Shown here in pieces: positions 39,598 through 52,769 of a stretch of DNA of 64,000 nucleotides. This DNA comes from Octopus sinensis (taxonomy: Eukaryota). Position 1 is the first letter of the stretch, and every line of letters starts with the position of its first letter. The notes beneath the pieces were generated by a model, which saw only the letters and a list, made by a program, of their open reading frames with translations, did no database searches and was not told the DNA's origin. The position numbers and the translations under genes were made by a program. Location of the stretch: positions 16,740,001 to 16,804,000 of the forward strand of contig NC_043013.1 of NCBI RefSeq assembly GCF_006345805.1, given 5' to 3'.

Positions 39598-39984
39598 TGT
39601 ATACATAAACTGTTATTGTATCAACATGTAGTGTTATTTTACTTACATATATTGTCATTGAAGCTATTGTGTCACTATATACATACATATTTCACTGCGT
39701 ATACTCGTTGTGTCATTGTGCATACATATAGCGTATATATGACAAATGTTCCGTAGCCTGAAACACAGGCAGAATTGTCTCGGTTAGATATCCTTTAAAG
39801 ATAGATCTGTTCTTTCAGATTATTGTTTCTGTGAGAGATAACAGAAACAACAGCACCATATAAACAACGGCACCACCTCGACTACAACCACGTTACTACC
39901 ACAACAACCCAACACCAATGACAACAACGATGGATCTCGATACGAGAATTTCTAAGAATTATCCTTGTTTGTCATGTGGGTAAG

Positions 39985-40316
39985 GGTAAAGACCCCCTTC
40001 AGTCATGAATGACCATGGGATTGCACCTAGAAAGTTACCCTCCTAGACACAAGTCCAGGCAAGGTTGTTTATGGAAGACCAGCAGTCGCCCATGCGTACC
40101 AGCCTCCCCTCTCCACGCCACCAGTGTTATCCTAGGGAAAGACAAAGGTCGATACAGCTTGGCACCAGTGACGTCGCAACTCATTTCTACAGCTGAGTGA
40201 ACTGGAGCAACGTGAAAAATAAAGTGCTTTGCTGAAGAACACAACACGCAGCCCGGACCGGGATTCGAGCTCACAACCTCACGATCGTAAGCTCGACGCT
40301 CTAACCACTGAGCCAT
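39985..40316 (-). mobile_element. tRNA-derived SINE, family D
   Basis: Minus strand: TGGCTCAGTGGTTAGAGCG...GAGCTCGAATCCC (A and B boxes), then CACTCAGCTGTAGAAATGAGT. Confidence 0.8.
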
Positions 40317-40890
40317 GATGTGGGTAACAAGTAGATAATATAGTAGATGTAGAGAGGTCTATGTGACAGGTTAACAAAACCAGGTGTTTAACGAATTGTC
40401 CAAGAGTCCGTTATGAAGTCGTCTCCATCTCTAAATATAGAAATACTATAAATAACAACCATGCAAATTTACTCAGGCAATTTCAAAAGAATTACTGGTA
40501 CAGTTTCGGAAGTAAACCAGTTTTGGGAAAATGTGCTTGATCAGACTGGTAAATACATTATCCTCTTAAATCTCTTCTTTATAATCCTCTTCTTTATTAT
40601 AAAAACCTTCCAGGCACTTAAGTCTTTATTCCCTGCGGTGCCGATACATCTGCACATGTAAGAACCGCCAATTGTTATTTATTATACATGGAACTATCAG
40701 CTGTCGTCAAATATTTTATTTAAATTTTTACACGTTGATTTATGGGTGTTTTTATTGTTTGCTATTTTATAGTTATGTTGAGAACATGCAACAAAATCTC
40801 AAATCTTTTATTGCAAGTTCTTAACGCCATGTAAAATATTCAATACGCTGTTGCTTTCTTTCATTAATAAACTTTTGTTATACCCCATTC

Positions 40891-41219
40891 GGATCTTTTC
40901 ACTTTGACCGGCAGATTTTTAAAATAATTTCTATGTAACTAAAAAATTTTAAACTTCGTATACTGGTAGAATGTGTTTATAAAACATCTTTTTCTCTTGA
41001 ATTTCTTGAGAAAATTCTGTAGTTTGTAACATATTTGTCGTTTAATTTCTTGCATTTCGGCAATTTCAACCAATCAATGACGTCTATTGAGGTGAAAACG
41101 ATTTCTGCCGTAACATTTTCTGGCGTTTTATAAACACATTCTACCAGTATACGAAGTTTAAAATTTTTTAGTTACATAGAAATTATTTTAAAAATCTGCC
41201 AGTCAAAGTGAAAAGATCC
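40891..41219. mobile_element. MITE with TIRs of about 94 bp
   Basis: GGATCTTTTCACTTTGAC...GTCAAAGTGAAAAGATCC. Flanks CCCCATTC / TCCCATTC look like an 8-bp TSD. Confidence 0.9.
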
Positions 41220-41689
41220 TCCCATTCTATTTTTTAAAAAAATACATCCAGTTTGTCATTAGGTTTTAGTGTCATTCTCCCTTGATTCTTCTTATTGATG
41301 ACTTTAGATATCACGATGTAGAATAACATTAAGAACAATGTGTTTAAAATAGAAGCTCAAGGTGTTTGTCCCCTCTATGTTTAGCCCCTTATGGGCAATA
41401 AAGAAATAAGAACTAAACTTGGAACTATATTGTTGAGAAGCAAACTTCTAACCACACATACCGATATTCATTCACCTATATTTTACATACAGTTACACCT
41501 TGACCTATAATTTACATATTAGTTTCAAATTTTGGCACAAGAACAGCAAATTCCGGGTATCGATCTCAAAAGGATGAAAGACAAAGTCCACCTTTTCGGA
41601 ATTTGAGCGTACAGACCGACGAAATGCTGCTAAACATTTTGCTCGGCTCACAAATGATTCTCTTAGCTCGCCACCTTTAACTAAATTTT

Positions 41690-43260
41690 ATACACTGATA
41701 ATCGTTGGCCTATATTTTCTATATAGCAATACTACTTGGTTTATAGTTTCTATAGTTATACTCCTTGGGACATAGTTTTTAAGTAGCGTTGATACTTTGT
41801 CTAACATCGTTAGGCAAATACTCATTGGCCTAACAATTTTATCACATTGCTCTTCGGCGTATGCCAACATTCTTTGGCGTATAGTCTGATATCTTTGAGG
41901 TACATTTTATACAAACCAATAGCTTGTGACCTATATACTTTAAGGATCGACACACTGACCTATATTTTAACTACTGATACTCCTTGACCAATATTTTACT
42001 AATCAGTTTTCGTTGTTCTCCAGATGCTATGTAATAATAATACTTGACCTATAGATTTTATACACCGCTGTTCCATGGCTTATTGCATTTACATAGTGAT
42101 ACTCTGTGATCTGTATTTTTATAGACAGATATTTCTTGACCTTATTTTACATATCAATACGCTTTGACATACTTTATGCATACCGGTGCTCCTGGTCTAT
42201 ATATTTCTATATCATTATTTTTGCTTTATAATGTTATGTATCGATACTATTATTCCATATAATTATATATCGATATTCCTGGCCTATATTCTGATATATC
42301 GATAGCTCTAACTTATATTCTTATGTATCAAAAAACGTAACTGATAATTTTGGCCTATATTATACATATCAATACTCTTTGACCTTTTGTTCTTACATAA
42401 CGATGCTGTTTGGCTTATAGGTATTATATAGTGATACTCCTTGGACTATAGTTTTTAGACTGAATTTCTTTGACTCATATTTTTACATACATCTTCTTCT
42501 TGACCTATTTTTAAGACCGATACTTATTGGCCAATAATTTATATATAGCGTTACTCTTTGTCCTATATATTTTACATTCTTATATGGAATTTCGTCTATA
42601 TTACTATCTACTAATACTCCTTGGCCTCTGGATTTTATGTACTGACACTTCTTGTCGTATCGTTTTTTGTACCGATAATCATTGCCAATATTTTTTACAT
42701 AGCATTATTCCTTCACGTGTAGGTCTTATAACAAATAACAATTTTATACAGCAATACTCTTTGGCCTATAATTTTTTTATCTAGCAATCCTCTTTGACCT
42801 ATATCTTACATACCGATACTCCTGCTCAATATTCTTACATATCAAAATATCTGACCTTTATTCTTATCTATCGATACTCCCGACATCAGTTCATATATAT
42901 CAACACTCCTGATCCATTTAATATGTGTTTACTCCTGATTTCGTTTCACATATATATCGATACACCCGACCTATTTTCTTATACCTCGATACCCTTGATC
43001 TATATACCTTAATATCGACACTCCTAGCCTATATTCTTATATATTGACACGTCTTCACCTGTATTCGTATATATCGCATATATCGATAATCTATTTTTAC
43101 AGACTGATACTCCTTGGCTTATTTTTTTACAAACTGATACTCTATAACCAACATTTTTATACAATAGAAACATATATATTATACATTGTACCAAGATATA
43201 CTCGTTCGCGAGTGATTGTTGGCTTTTTATATTCCTGACCTATACTTGCTACTCCTGATA
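41690..43260. repeat. highly degenerate tandem array, period about 28-30 bp
   Basis: Recurring GATACTCCTTG(A/G)CCTATATTTTACATATC-like motif. Confidence 0.7.
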
Positions 43261-43498
43261 AGTGATGTATATGTTTATTCATGTATATCTATAGAATTAT
43301 TTAAGAAGTACTCTCAATACCGAAACTTTGTTATTCAAAGGGATTTTATTACAATATTATTAGTAATAACACCCTTTTTTTGTAAGTTGAATTTAAGCAT
43401 CATTTCTCTTTTTCTATTTCTCTCGCTCGAGAACTTTTGTCTCTTTAAAACTCGGAGTAACTATTGTATAACTCAAAATATTCTGTATCTTGTATCTA

Positions 43499-44305
43499 CA
43501 AGGTGGTATCAAAACATTTCCGAACTAGCTCTGTAGCGCGCCAACAGATGACAGCGCACGGTTGCGTGCGCAGTGAGTGCTTGCAGAGACCTTCATATAG
43601 CAGTGTGCCGAGTGACATCGCTGTGTTTACTTCGCAAGTTGTGAAATTTGTGTTTTTGTGATCACGTGTATGCTGTAGTTTGCGATTTTTCTCATGGAAA
43701 GGAAGGTTGATCAAAGAACCAACGTGAAATTTTGCGTTAAACTTGAGAAGTCTGTTACAGAAACATTGAGTATTCTTCGACAAGCAACGGATCGTACGCA
43801 ATGTTTCGAGTTTTTTTTTCTTTCGACGTGCGTGGTGTTCTGCATCGAGAATTCATCCTCCAAAGTCAGACAGTCGATCGAGAGTTCTACTGCGATGTTT
43901 TGAAATATTTGAGAGGACATTTGTCGATTGCAACATAATCTGTGGAGCGCGAAGAATTGGATTCTTCACGACGACAACGCATCTTGTCACAGAGCTCTCC
44001 TCACCTTTGAGATTTTCGCCAAAAACAACAACATGGTATTGCTTACGCACCCGCCCTATTCGCCAGATTTAGCACCTGCGGACTTCCATCTGTTCCCCAA
44101 GAGGAAAATGCAGTTCAAAGGTCACCGTTGTCGAGATCCGGAGCGAATCGCAGAAGGTTCTCGACTTACTTGCGGAAAACGGCTTCCAGGCTGGATTCCA
44201 AAAGTGGCAGAAACGCTGGGACCGGTGTAGTGCTGCGCAAGGTGACTATTTCGAAGGCGATGATGTTAAAACATAACTAGTCCGGGAACTTTCTGATACC
44301 ACTTT
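43499..44305 (+). mobile_element. internally deleted mariner element
   Basis: TIR-like ends AAGGTGGTATCAAAA..CCGAACTAG / CTAGTCCGG..TGATACCACTT. Peptides MERKVDQRTNVKFCVKL, WILHDDNASCH and HPPYSPDLAPADFHLFPK. Confidence 0.9.
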
Positions 44306-44684
44306 TTGATAATTGGGAGTGAAGTTTAAGACAATTATAATTTGAAGCCGAAGCCTTTATACAGGACCTTTCCAATAAAACCCTGAAGCAGAGCCAGATT
44401 AACACCCATAGAGGCCCTAAGAAGCCCTCATATATATTCAAAATATAAACAATAATAAACTATAATTTTTTTTCAAATAAAACAAAACTAACACAAAGAT
44501 GGAAAATAATGTTTATTTTTGCATACTTTATTTATATTTGAAAAGATTTCCACTTTTTTAAGTGTCTTTGATCAGATCCTTACCATGAACACTTCAAAAT
44601 TATATTTCCAGTCATATAAACGGCTCGAGAATATTATTTTAACCAATTTAAAGTTATTTATTTTGTGCCGAAGTCATTTACCAT

Positions 44685-45007
44685 TTCTTATTTCTTTACT
44701 ACTCACAAGGAGCTAAACATAGAGGGGACAAACAAGGACAGACAAACATATTAAGTCGATTACATCGACCCCAGTGCGTAATTGGTACTTAATTTATCGA
44801 CCCCGAAAGGATGAAAGGCAAAGTCGACCTCGGCGGAATTTGAACTCAGAACGTAACGGCAGACGAAATACCTATTTCTTTACTACCCACAAGGGACTAA
44901 ACACAGAGAGGACAAACAAGGACAGACAAACGGATTAAGTCGATTATATCGACCCCAGTGCGTAACTGGTACTTAATTTATCAACCCCGAAAGGATGAAA
45001 GGCAAAG
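44685..45007 (-). mobile_element. SINE family A tandem dimer
   Basis: Two consecutive copies of the family A 3' region. Confidence 0.85.
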
Positions 45008-45019
45008 GATGGATATGAG

Positions 45020-45330
45020 AGAAAGCTTTTAGTATGGGGTTTTATTTAAAATTCGATATGGGTTCCAGATGTCGCCATCAGCTTCTTGAGTCGCCCAGGA
45101 ATTGCGTCAACTGATTTAACTAGAAAGTCTGATAAGATGGAAGAAGACATAGCTTCTTGTATTGGCCCTTTAAGTTCTTCCCAAGTCTTTGGTTTGGTGC
45201 AGTAGACTTGTTCTTTGAACCAGCCCCAAAGAAAGAAGTCGCAGGGTATGTTGGGACTCCTGGCTGTCCATCTATGCGGACAACAACGATCCATCCATCT
45301 CCAGGGGGAAATCGGCATTCAGACATTCAC
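45020..45330 (-). mobile_element. Tc1/mariner-like transposase C-terminal remnant
   Basis: WTARSPNIPCDFFLWGWFKEQVY resembles WPPRSPDLTPCDFFLWG. Confidence 0.8.
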
Positions 45331-45484
45331 GGACGACAAGAGCAATACGATTACAGATTAAATTCTCATACTTCAAAAAAAAAAAGAAAAAGAAAAAGAA
45401 AAAATTTGAGAAAAAAATTACAATTAATAAATAATTTATAAGTATTTTAAAATAGGTAGTTACTTTTCAGTCATCCTGTAGATA

Positions 45485-45571
<87 letters not shown>

Positions 45572-46433
45572 GAACCCAGGAACATGTGGTTGGGAAGCAA
45601 CGCACACATACATGCATGCATGCATACATACATACATACATACATACATACATACATACATACATACATGCATGCATGCATACATACATACATACATACA
45701 TACATACATGCATGCATGCATACATACATACATACATACATACATGCATGCATACATACATACATACATGCATGCATGCATACATACGTACGTACGTACG
45801 TACGTACGTACATACATACATACATACATACTACATACATACATACATACATACATATACATACATACATACATACATACATACATACGTACGTACATAC
45901 ATACATACATACATACATACATACATACATACATACATACATACATACATGCATGCATACATACATACATACATACATTCATAGCGACATAGGTATACAT
46001 ATGCGTGTGTGTGTGTGCGCGGGCGCTTATTTAGAATATTACGTGACTAAATTAGGTGTTACAATGGAAGAGAAAAAAGAGATGAGAACGAGGGAGATGG
46101 GAAGGGAAAAGAAGGAGAAGAGGAGGAAGGATGAGTGGGAGAACATTAAAAAATAAAGTATCTAAAGAATTCTAATATACTTCTGACGTAAAAGAATGAT
46201 TAACAGCATTGCTCTAAGGTGGGATAAAGCATACGAACACACTTGTATGTACACAGGTGTATACGTATGTTTTATGGACACACGCAGATATATATATACA
46301 TACATACATATGTATATATATATATATCTATATATATATATGTATACATACATACATACATACATACATACATACATACATGCATGCATATATATATACA
46401 TACATACATGCATATATATATATATATACATAC

Positions 46434-46471
<38 letters not shown>

Positions 46472-46493
46472 ATATATATATATATATATATAT

Positions 46494-46537
<44 letters not shown>

Positions 46538-46799
46538 ACATACATACATACATACATACTTACATACATACATACATACATGCATGCATATATATACATA
46601 CATACATGCATATATATATATATATATAGACAGTAAAGCGAGTTCCCACAGCAAGGTGGCAGTTGAATGTTACAACTAGTTTAACCCCAGGCAGATTCTC
46701 CGCCAGCTGGTTATCAGGGCAACGCCCTGTGCCTTTTATATATAATATATCGCTAGCAGAGAGAGCGAACCCCTACTAATCTCCAGCAACTAAAAGGAT

Positions 46800-46853
46800 T
46801 GCGCGACTGGCTTAGTTTCGAGTTTCGAGCTATTTGGCCCATCCTCAGCCGCG
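46800..46853 (-). ncRNA. hammerhead motif with 7-nt duplication
   Basis: Minus strand: gcgg CTGAGGA t gggc caaata gctc GAAAC(tcgaaac) taagcca GTC gcg. Stem I is imperfect. Confidence 0.55.
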
Positions 46854-46900
46854 AGCACCTGCGCACAGGATTGATAGCTAGGATCCGTTAGAAATATGTG

Positions 46901-47190
46901 AGGAGGCACATGGCCTAGTGGTTACAGCAGCGAACTCGCGGTCGAGGGATCGCGGGTTCGAATCTCAGACCGGGCGATGTGTGTTTATGAGCAAAACACT
47001 TAGGCTCCACACGGCTCCAGCAGAAGGTAATGGAAAACTTCTGCTGACTCGTTGGCAACAACTTTCACTCTTTCCTCCTTCATCTAGCAGCTCATCTGCG
47101 ATGGACCGGCGTCCCGTCCAGGTGGGGATCCTATACGCTAAGGAAAGCGGAAAACCGGCCCGTATGACCCAGGCATGGCTAGAGAAAGAA
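46901..47190 (+). mobile_element. SINE family C
   Basis: GGAGGCACATGGCCTAGTGGTT...GGGTTCGAATCTC...GCGATGGACCGGCGTCCCGTCCAGG. Confidence 0.85.
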
Positions 47191-47194
47191 CAAA

Positions 47195-47265
<71 letters not shown>

Positions 47266-47268
<3 letters not shown>

Positions 47269-47422
47269 GTTTGAAAATGCAATTTAAAAGATGTTTATTT
47301 ACTTACCGGTTTCACTCTTTGGAAAAAGATTGTCAAGAGTAACATATGGAAGTTTGGTTGCGTTCCAAAGAGTGAAACCGGTTAAGTAAATAAACATGTT
47401 TTAAATTGCATTTTCAAACCTT
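47266..47422. mobile_element. short Penelope-like inverted repeat between (TA)n tracts
   Basis: Arms of about 57 bp, AAGGTTTGAAAATGC...CTCTTTGGAA / TTCCAAAGAG...GCATTTTCAAACCTT. Contains GAAACCGGTA. Confidence 0.7.
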
Positions 47423-47428
47423 CTTTCG

Positions 47429-47495
<67 letters not shown>

Positions 47496-47544
47496 ATATA
47501 TATATATACATATATGCATGCGTGAGTGAATTTGTATGTATGTA

Positions 47545-48480
47545 TGTCATTATTCGGTTTATTTCAAGATTTCTTCCCATTAGAGAAAGAACTCCTTCAT
47601 TGGAATTTCAACATCAACAACACGGTATTTTTGTATGTATGTATGTATGTATGTGCAGATTTGTATGTTTTATGTATGTATTCTCATGCATATAGTTGCA
47701 TATCTAGACATGCTCGTATGAATTTAAATGATAAACTTCCGGAGAGTTTTACAGATCTTTACAGTTCCAGTGATGGATTGGAACTGTAGTCTTCGAATTA
47801 GCTTTCTCTTTTCTGGTTTTGAGAAGCCTAATTTCTCAAGATTAGTATTTAGGTAGTGTGTTACATATCTCAGTGTACCAATATTTACAAGTATAAACTT
47901 GAACTTATAATCTGAATAGAGTAACTGCAGATTTCTCAATAGTTCAGCATAGGTATTCTCTTTTTTACTGATCTTCAGCTTTATGATAACATCCGCTGGG
48001 CAGCTAATTTCCGCAACTGAACACACTTTATTTTATCTATCCCAAATCATTATATCAGGTCAGTTGTGCTTACATTTTATTGAGGTCCTCACTTCGACAT
48101 TCCTCCAGTACTCCTTTTTTATTATGAGTGGCTGTGGCTTCTACGATATTGTGGGTTCTTATTTCTTTGTCGTCGGGATCATCCTTCCGACGGATTTCAT
48201 TATAAAGTGTCTTATCTACAACGTCATGTCTCATCGGTAGATAATACCGTGATGACATTTTCGGACAACTGCTTATGATGTGGGTGATATCTTCAGTGTG
48301 AACTCCACAAAGTTTGCATCGGTTGCCACATTTTATAGCTTTCCCTGCATCTCTATTCCTTTTGTGCATCAGATATTTGGTTGATATTTCCTGTTCTTGG
48401 ATTGCAAATGCATATCCTTCAAAGTGGGAGGTAGTAATCCAGCTATTGATCCATGATAAACTGCTTTGATGATCGATGTT
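47545..48480 (-). mobile_element. RLE-type non-LTR retrotransposon 3' part
   Basis: CKLCGVHTEDITHIISSC (CCHC), YLPMRHD, EISCPAD...KENTYAELLRNLQ. Flanked by (ATGT)n. Confidence 0.9.
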
Positions 48481-49009
48481 ACTATTATGTATGTATGTAT
48501 GTATGTATGTAGTATGTATGTATGTATGTATGTATGTATGTATGTAGTATGTATGTATGTATGTATGTATAGGATGTTAATATATGCATATACATACATA
48601 TTTGTATATATATTTATTATACACACATTATAGATGTACAATAATATATATGTTTGTGTATACATGTGTGTGTGTATGGGTGTGCTTGTATGTATATATA
48701 TTTGATGTTGTGTATGTATGTATGTATGTATACAGAGTGTTAGTGAAAAATTTATATTGAAACTGAATTATGATAGAATCAGTGTTTGCTAAAATACATT
48801 TCCTTTTCAAAATTTGATTGAATCAATCTACAGACAGAATAGAGTTTTTTTTATGACCCCCTATTTTCATGTTGATGACCATTCTAGTCCATTCACTGCT
48901 GAGCGCAAACATCAAGAAACATTTTCCTTAGTATTTGAACGCATTCGTGTTCAATGTCTACTTTTAATTCGTCGACTGTTGCAGATCTTTATTGTTTATG
49001 TATCATCAT

Positions 49010-49720
49010 AAAAAGAAATCTAGTCGTGTGAAGTCCGTGAAGTCCGTGAAAGCCGAAGGTATTCTACTAAACCCCTTCGTTCAATCCATCAATGCAGGCT
49101 CTATCTTATTGTGGTAGTGTAGGAGCACCCATCTTGTTGGAAATATAACTCTAGATCTACAGTCCTCTTAAATGCTTGACATGACAGGCTGTCGCAGAAG
49201 ATTCAAATGAATGGGACAAATCACCATACCATCCAAAAAGAATGGTACAATTAATCCTTTTGATGATAAACGGCACCATACTGTATGTAACTCCTGGTTA
49301 ATTAACATGATGTCCTTCCTTAATATGCGAGTTCTCGGGTTTCCAGTAGGTGCAACCTCATCACTCCAAATAATTTTTATTGGAAAATATGCGTTTTCTA
49401 CACATCTTACTAAACCAAAAACTCCACTCTTCGTCCTGGATCACCCTCATTGAAAGCAAAGACTATTCTTAGAATGGAACTTTTTCAACGACAGCGCTTC
49501 AGAAAAGCGATGGACGCTTGATTGTGAAATTTCTGTTTTACGACTAGCTTGCCACACAGACTTTCTTGAATTCCGGCAATATGTTTCTCGTGCCCTTTCT
49601 TGCTTTGTGAGACACGTCAACGTCTGAAGAGCATTTCTTGTGGACATCCTGAACAGTTCCATCTGCTTCAAAGTTATCTCTAATTCTAGTAATGATAAAC
49701 TGTGTAGATGAATCTGTTTG
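49010..49720 (-). mobile_element. degraded Tc1/mariner-like transposase
   Basis: RNSRKSVWQASRKTEISQSSVHR helix-turn-helix-like segment, with further fragments downstream. Confidence 0.55.
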
Positions 49721-49723
49721 AAA

Positions 49724-49796
<73 letters not shown>

Positions 49797-50185
49797 CTAT
49801 CTTTGCACTGTGACTGCGTTTTTGAATTTCCACTAGTACTTCAGGATAAATTTCTGTGTTCAAAGCTCAGTCTAACTTAAGCACTAAACTGGAACAAATA
49901 CTGGAGGTTGATATCATCCTCTAAGCACTTTAAAGCGGTGCCCCAGCAATGCCACACTCCAGTAACTGAAACTACTAACAAAAGATAGGAATTTATAGCA
50001 AAATATTTTATTGAACGGCGACCAGCTTTGTATGAAATAATCACAAATTCCAAGCAAAGCATATATATGCAAACAAGGGAGTCAGAGAAAGGCAGAATGC
50101 CACTTAAATCTGAACACTACTATAGAAATATTCTTTTAAAAAAACTTTTCTTCTAATTTTTCTAAATTTAATTATTTAATCGTTA

Positions 50186-50223
50186 CAGTTGAAAAGGTCT
50201 CAAAATGACCGAAACCGGTACTG
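50186..50223 (+). ncRNA. decayed hammerhead motif
   Basis: cag TTGAAAA ggtc tcaaaat gacc GAAAC cg GTA ctg. All stems are intact; two core substitutions. Confidence 0.6.
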
Positions 50224-50272
50224 AAATGTTCACTATAAAATTATTTTAGCATTTTCTATTTTTGACTTGTTT

Positions 50273-50321
<49 letters not shown>

Positions 50322-50494
50322 CACAGATATACAAAAAGACAACGCTCATTATTATATCAGGATATTATACATACATTTTAACACTTTACAGTATACTTAC
50401 ATAATTCTATACATCGATCTAAAACAACAGGATTACTAAAGGAAGACCGGAATTTAAGAGAAGAGAAAACCAAAAGGTCTCGTGATATTCATTG

Positions 50495-50963
50495 AAGGAT
50501 TTTATCTCAGATATTCTCATTTTTAAAAAATCATCTTTGGTTAATCGTTGAGAGGCCGTTGGCGTTGCGTTGGCGGAGGTTTACGCTCTCTGAGTGCTCT
50601 TGTTACCTCCGCCTCAGCGAAGGTGGAGGTATTGTTTTCAGTCGTGTTTGTTCGTTGACGAAATGTATCTCGAGAACCGCTGGATGGATTCGGACGAAAC
50701 TTTCAGGGATGTTTGGCCTTGTGACTGGCACGAACTGATTAGATTTCGGGATCGATCCGGTGCTGGACAAAGATTCTGGATTATTTTTCCTATTTTTAAA
50801 ATTAATTTTTGTGAGCGGTCGGGTTCATTTTCAGTATTGTCGTTTGCGAGAGAAGTCGAGTTTATTTCAGATATCCTTATTTTAAAAATCATCTCTGGAT
50901 GATCATTGAGAGTGCGATGGAGTTGCCTTGGCGGAGGTTTGCGCTCTCTGAGTGCTCTTGTTT
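50495..50963 (+). mobile_element. Helentron-associated (HINE/DINE-1-like) element, one full copy plus an upstream partial copy
   Basis: TTACCTCCGCC sub-TIR with adjacent GGTGGAGGT. The 3' GGCGGAGGT plus GCGCTCTCTGAGTGC hairpin occurs twice. Confidence 0.75.
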
Positions 50964-52769
50964 ACTTTTAATTTAATTTTTTTTTATTTAATTTTTTTTC
51001 CTCGAGAATTGCAATATATATAGATATTTATATGTGTGTATGCATATGTATGTATGTTTGTATGTATAAATGTATATATGTATGTATGTATATATATATA
51101 TATGTATATGTGTATGGACTTTGTAGTGATGTACAAATTTTATATATTGGTTTCAACTTTTGGTACAAGGCCAGCAATTTCAGGGACTGGATAAGTGACC
51201 AACTGGTACACATTTTATCGACTCGTCGGAATTTGAACTCAAAACGCAAAGCCGTAAATGCCGCCGAGCGTTTTGCCCGACGTGCTAACGATTCTGTCAA
51301 CTCACCGCCCTAAACAAAGCCAGGACTTGGATAGATACAGTTTATTGAGCGCTTTCACTCCCTCCAAGAATTCATCAAGGTTCATACACACATGACGGGT
51401 CTTGTTGCATGTCCCTTTGGTCGTAAATCGTGTTTCTTCGTTCTCTACCTCCGGGCAACAAGCCTCGATCGGCGATTATCGTAAGACTACTGGCTGCCTT
51501 TTTTGTCTCCTCCTCTTCCATCGACTTATAGTTTCATAACCGTAGCCCTATCCGACATGTTCAGCTTTCTGTCTGGTTACAAGATCTGTTCCCTTACGAC
51601 ACACATCACTGTTATCATCTTTGTTTTCGTCCTTCTTTTAATGATGCGATCCAAGTCCACAGTATTGTCAACACCGTCAATGATGAAGCCTCTCGACAGA
51701 GCCTAGAATATTCTCTCTTTCTCTCTATCTCTCTATCTTTCCCTCTCTCTTTCTCTTTCTCTTCAACAACTTGAATATTTGTTAGAAGTGGTGTATATGC
51801 TACCTCCTCTAGGATTATAAGGCTACCACCGTCATTGTCTACACTTCCTCCGTCAGCACTTTCGCAAACTGATATTGAAAAGAAATTTTAAGAAGTGTCA
51901 CCACCAAAAAACTAAAAGGATAGCTACTCCAAAAACATACCTTTCGTCTATTCGCGAAGATAATCTGCACACGAGACGGAAAACTTCTCTGCAAAACTTT
52001 GTCTCGGTAACATCCAGAGATGATAATGATGATGATCATCGTCATCATCATCGTCGCCGTCGTGAAGTACGCTGCAGTGGTTCTCATGACTTCAGATCTT
52101 AACTGATTGGAAGTGATAATATGTACAAGTTTTGTCTTGGGCTACAGCAAATATTCTGCTCAATACCACAGATTTGCTTGCCGGTTGCTTGACCTTAACC
52201 AATTGAACATGTCCCTTTGTGGCTGACAATAAGTGCATCTCTGATCACGAGCAGAAGTATTGGGAGAGCATCATAGCCATGTGTTGAGAGGGATTCTTTG
52301 GGGTTTGAATAATTTACCTCTGAAAACATGGGTGTTTCGTTCAACATCCTTAAACAACCTTTATTCAGGGACCTAGGATAGGCTATTCGATCCGAAAATA
52401 ATTCTGAGCCACACTTGCAAGATTATGTGCTGTTTATCTTGATATGAGATTACCATGTCGCACACATGGTTGTGATGCATGTTCCTAGTGTACCCTTATC
52501 GGCCGGGCAGTCATGATGGGTATATTGGGGTTTGTATTTGTACCTGCGAGTCACTTTCATGGAGTGTGTTGATCACTCTCTCAGTAATAATAATAACCTT
52601 TCTTTCTTGGCCACAGACATGCATAAATTACGTGTAATATAAGTAAAAAAAATCACATAACATTGGATATATGGAATATATGTGTGTACGTGCACATGCG
52701 CGAATGTGTGCATTGCACGCGCGTGTGTATTCAATCACACACACACACACACACACACACAAATATATA

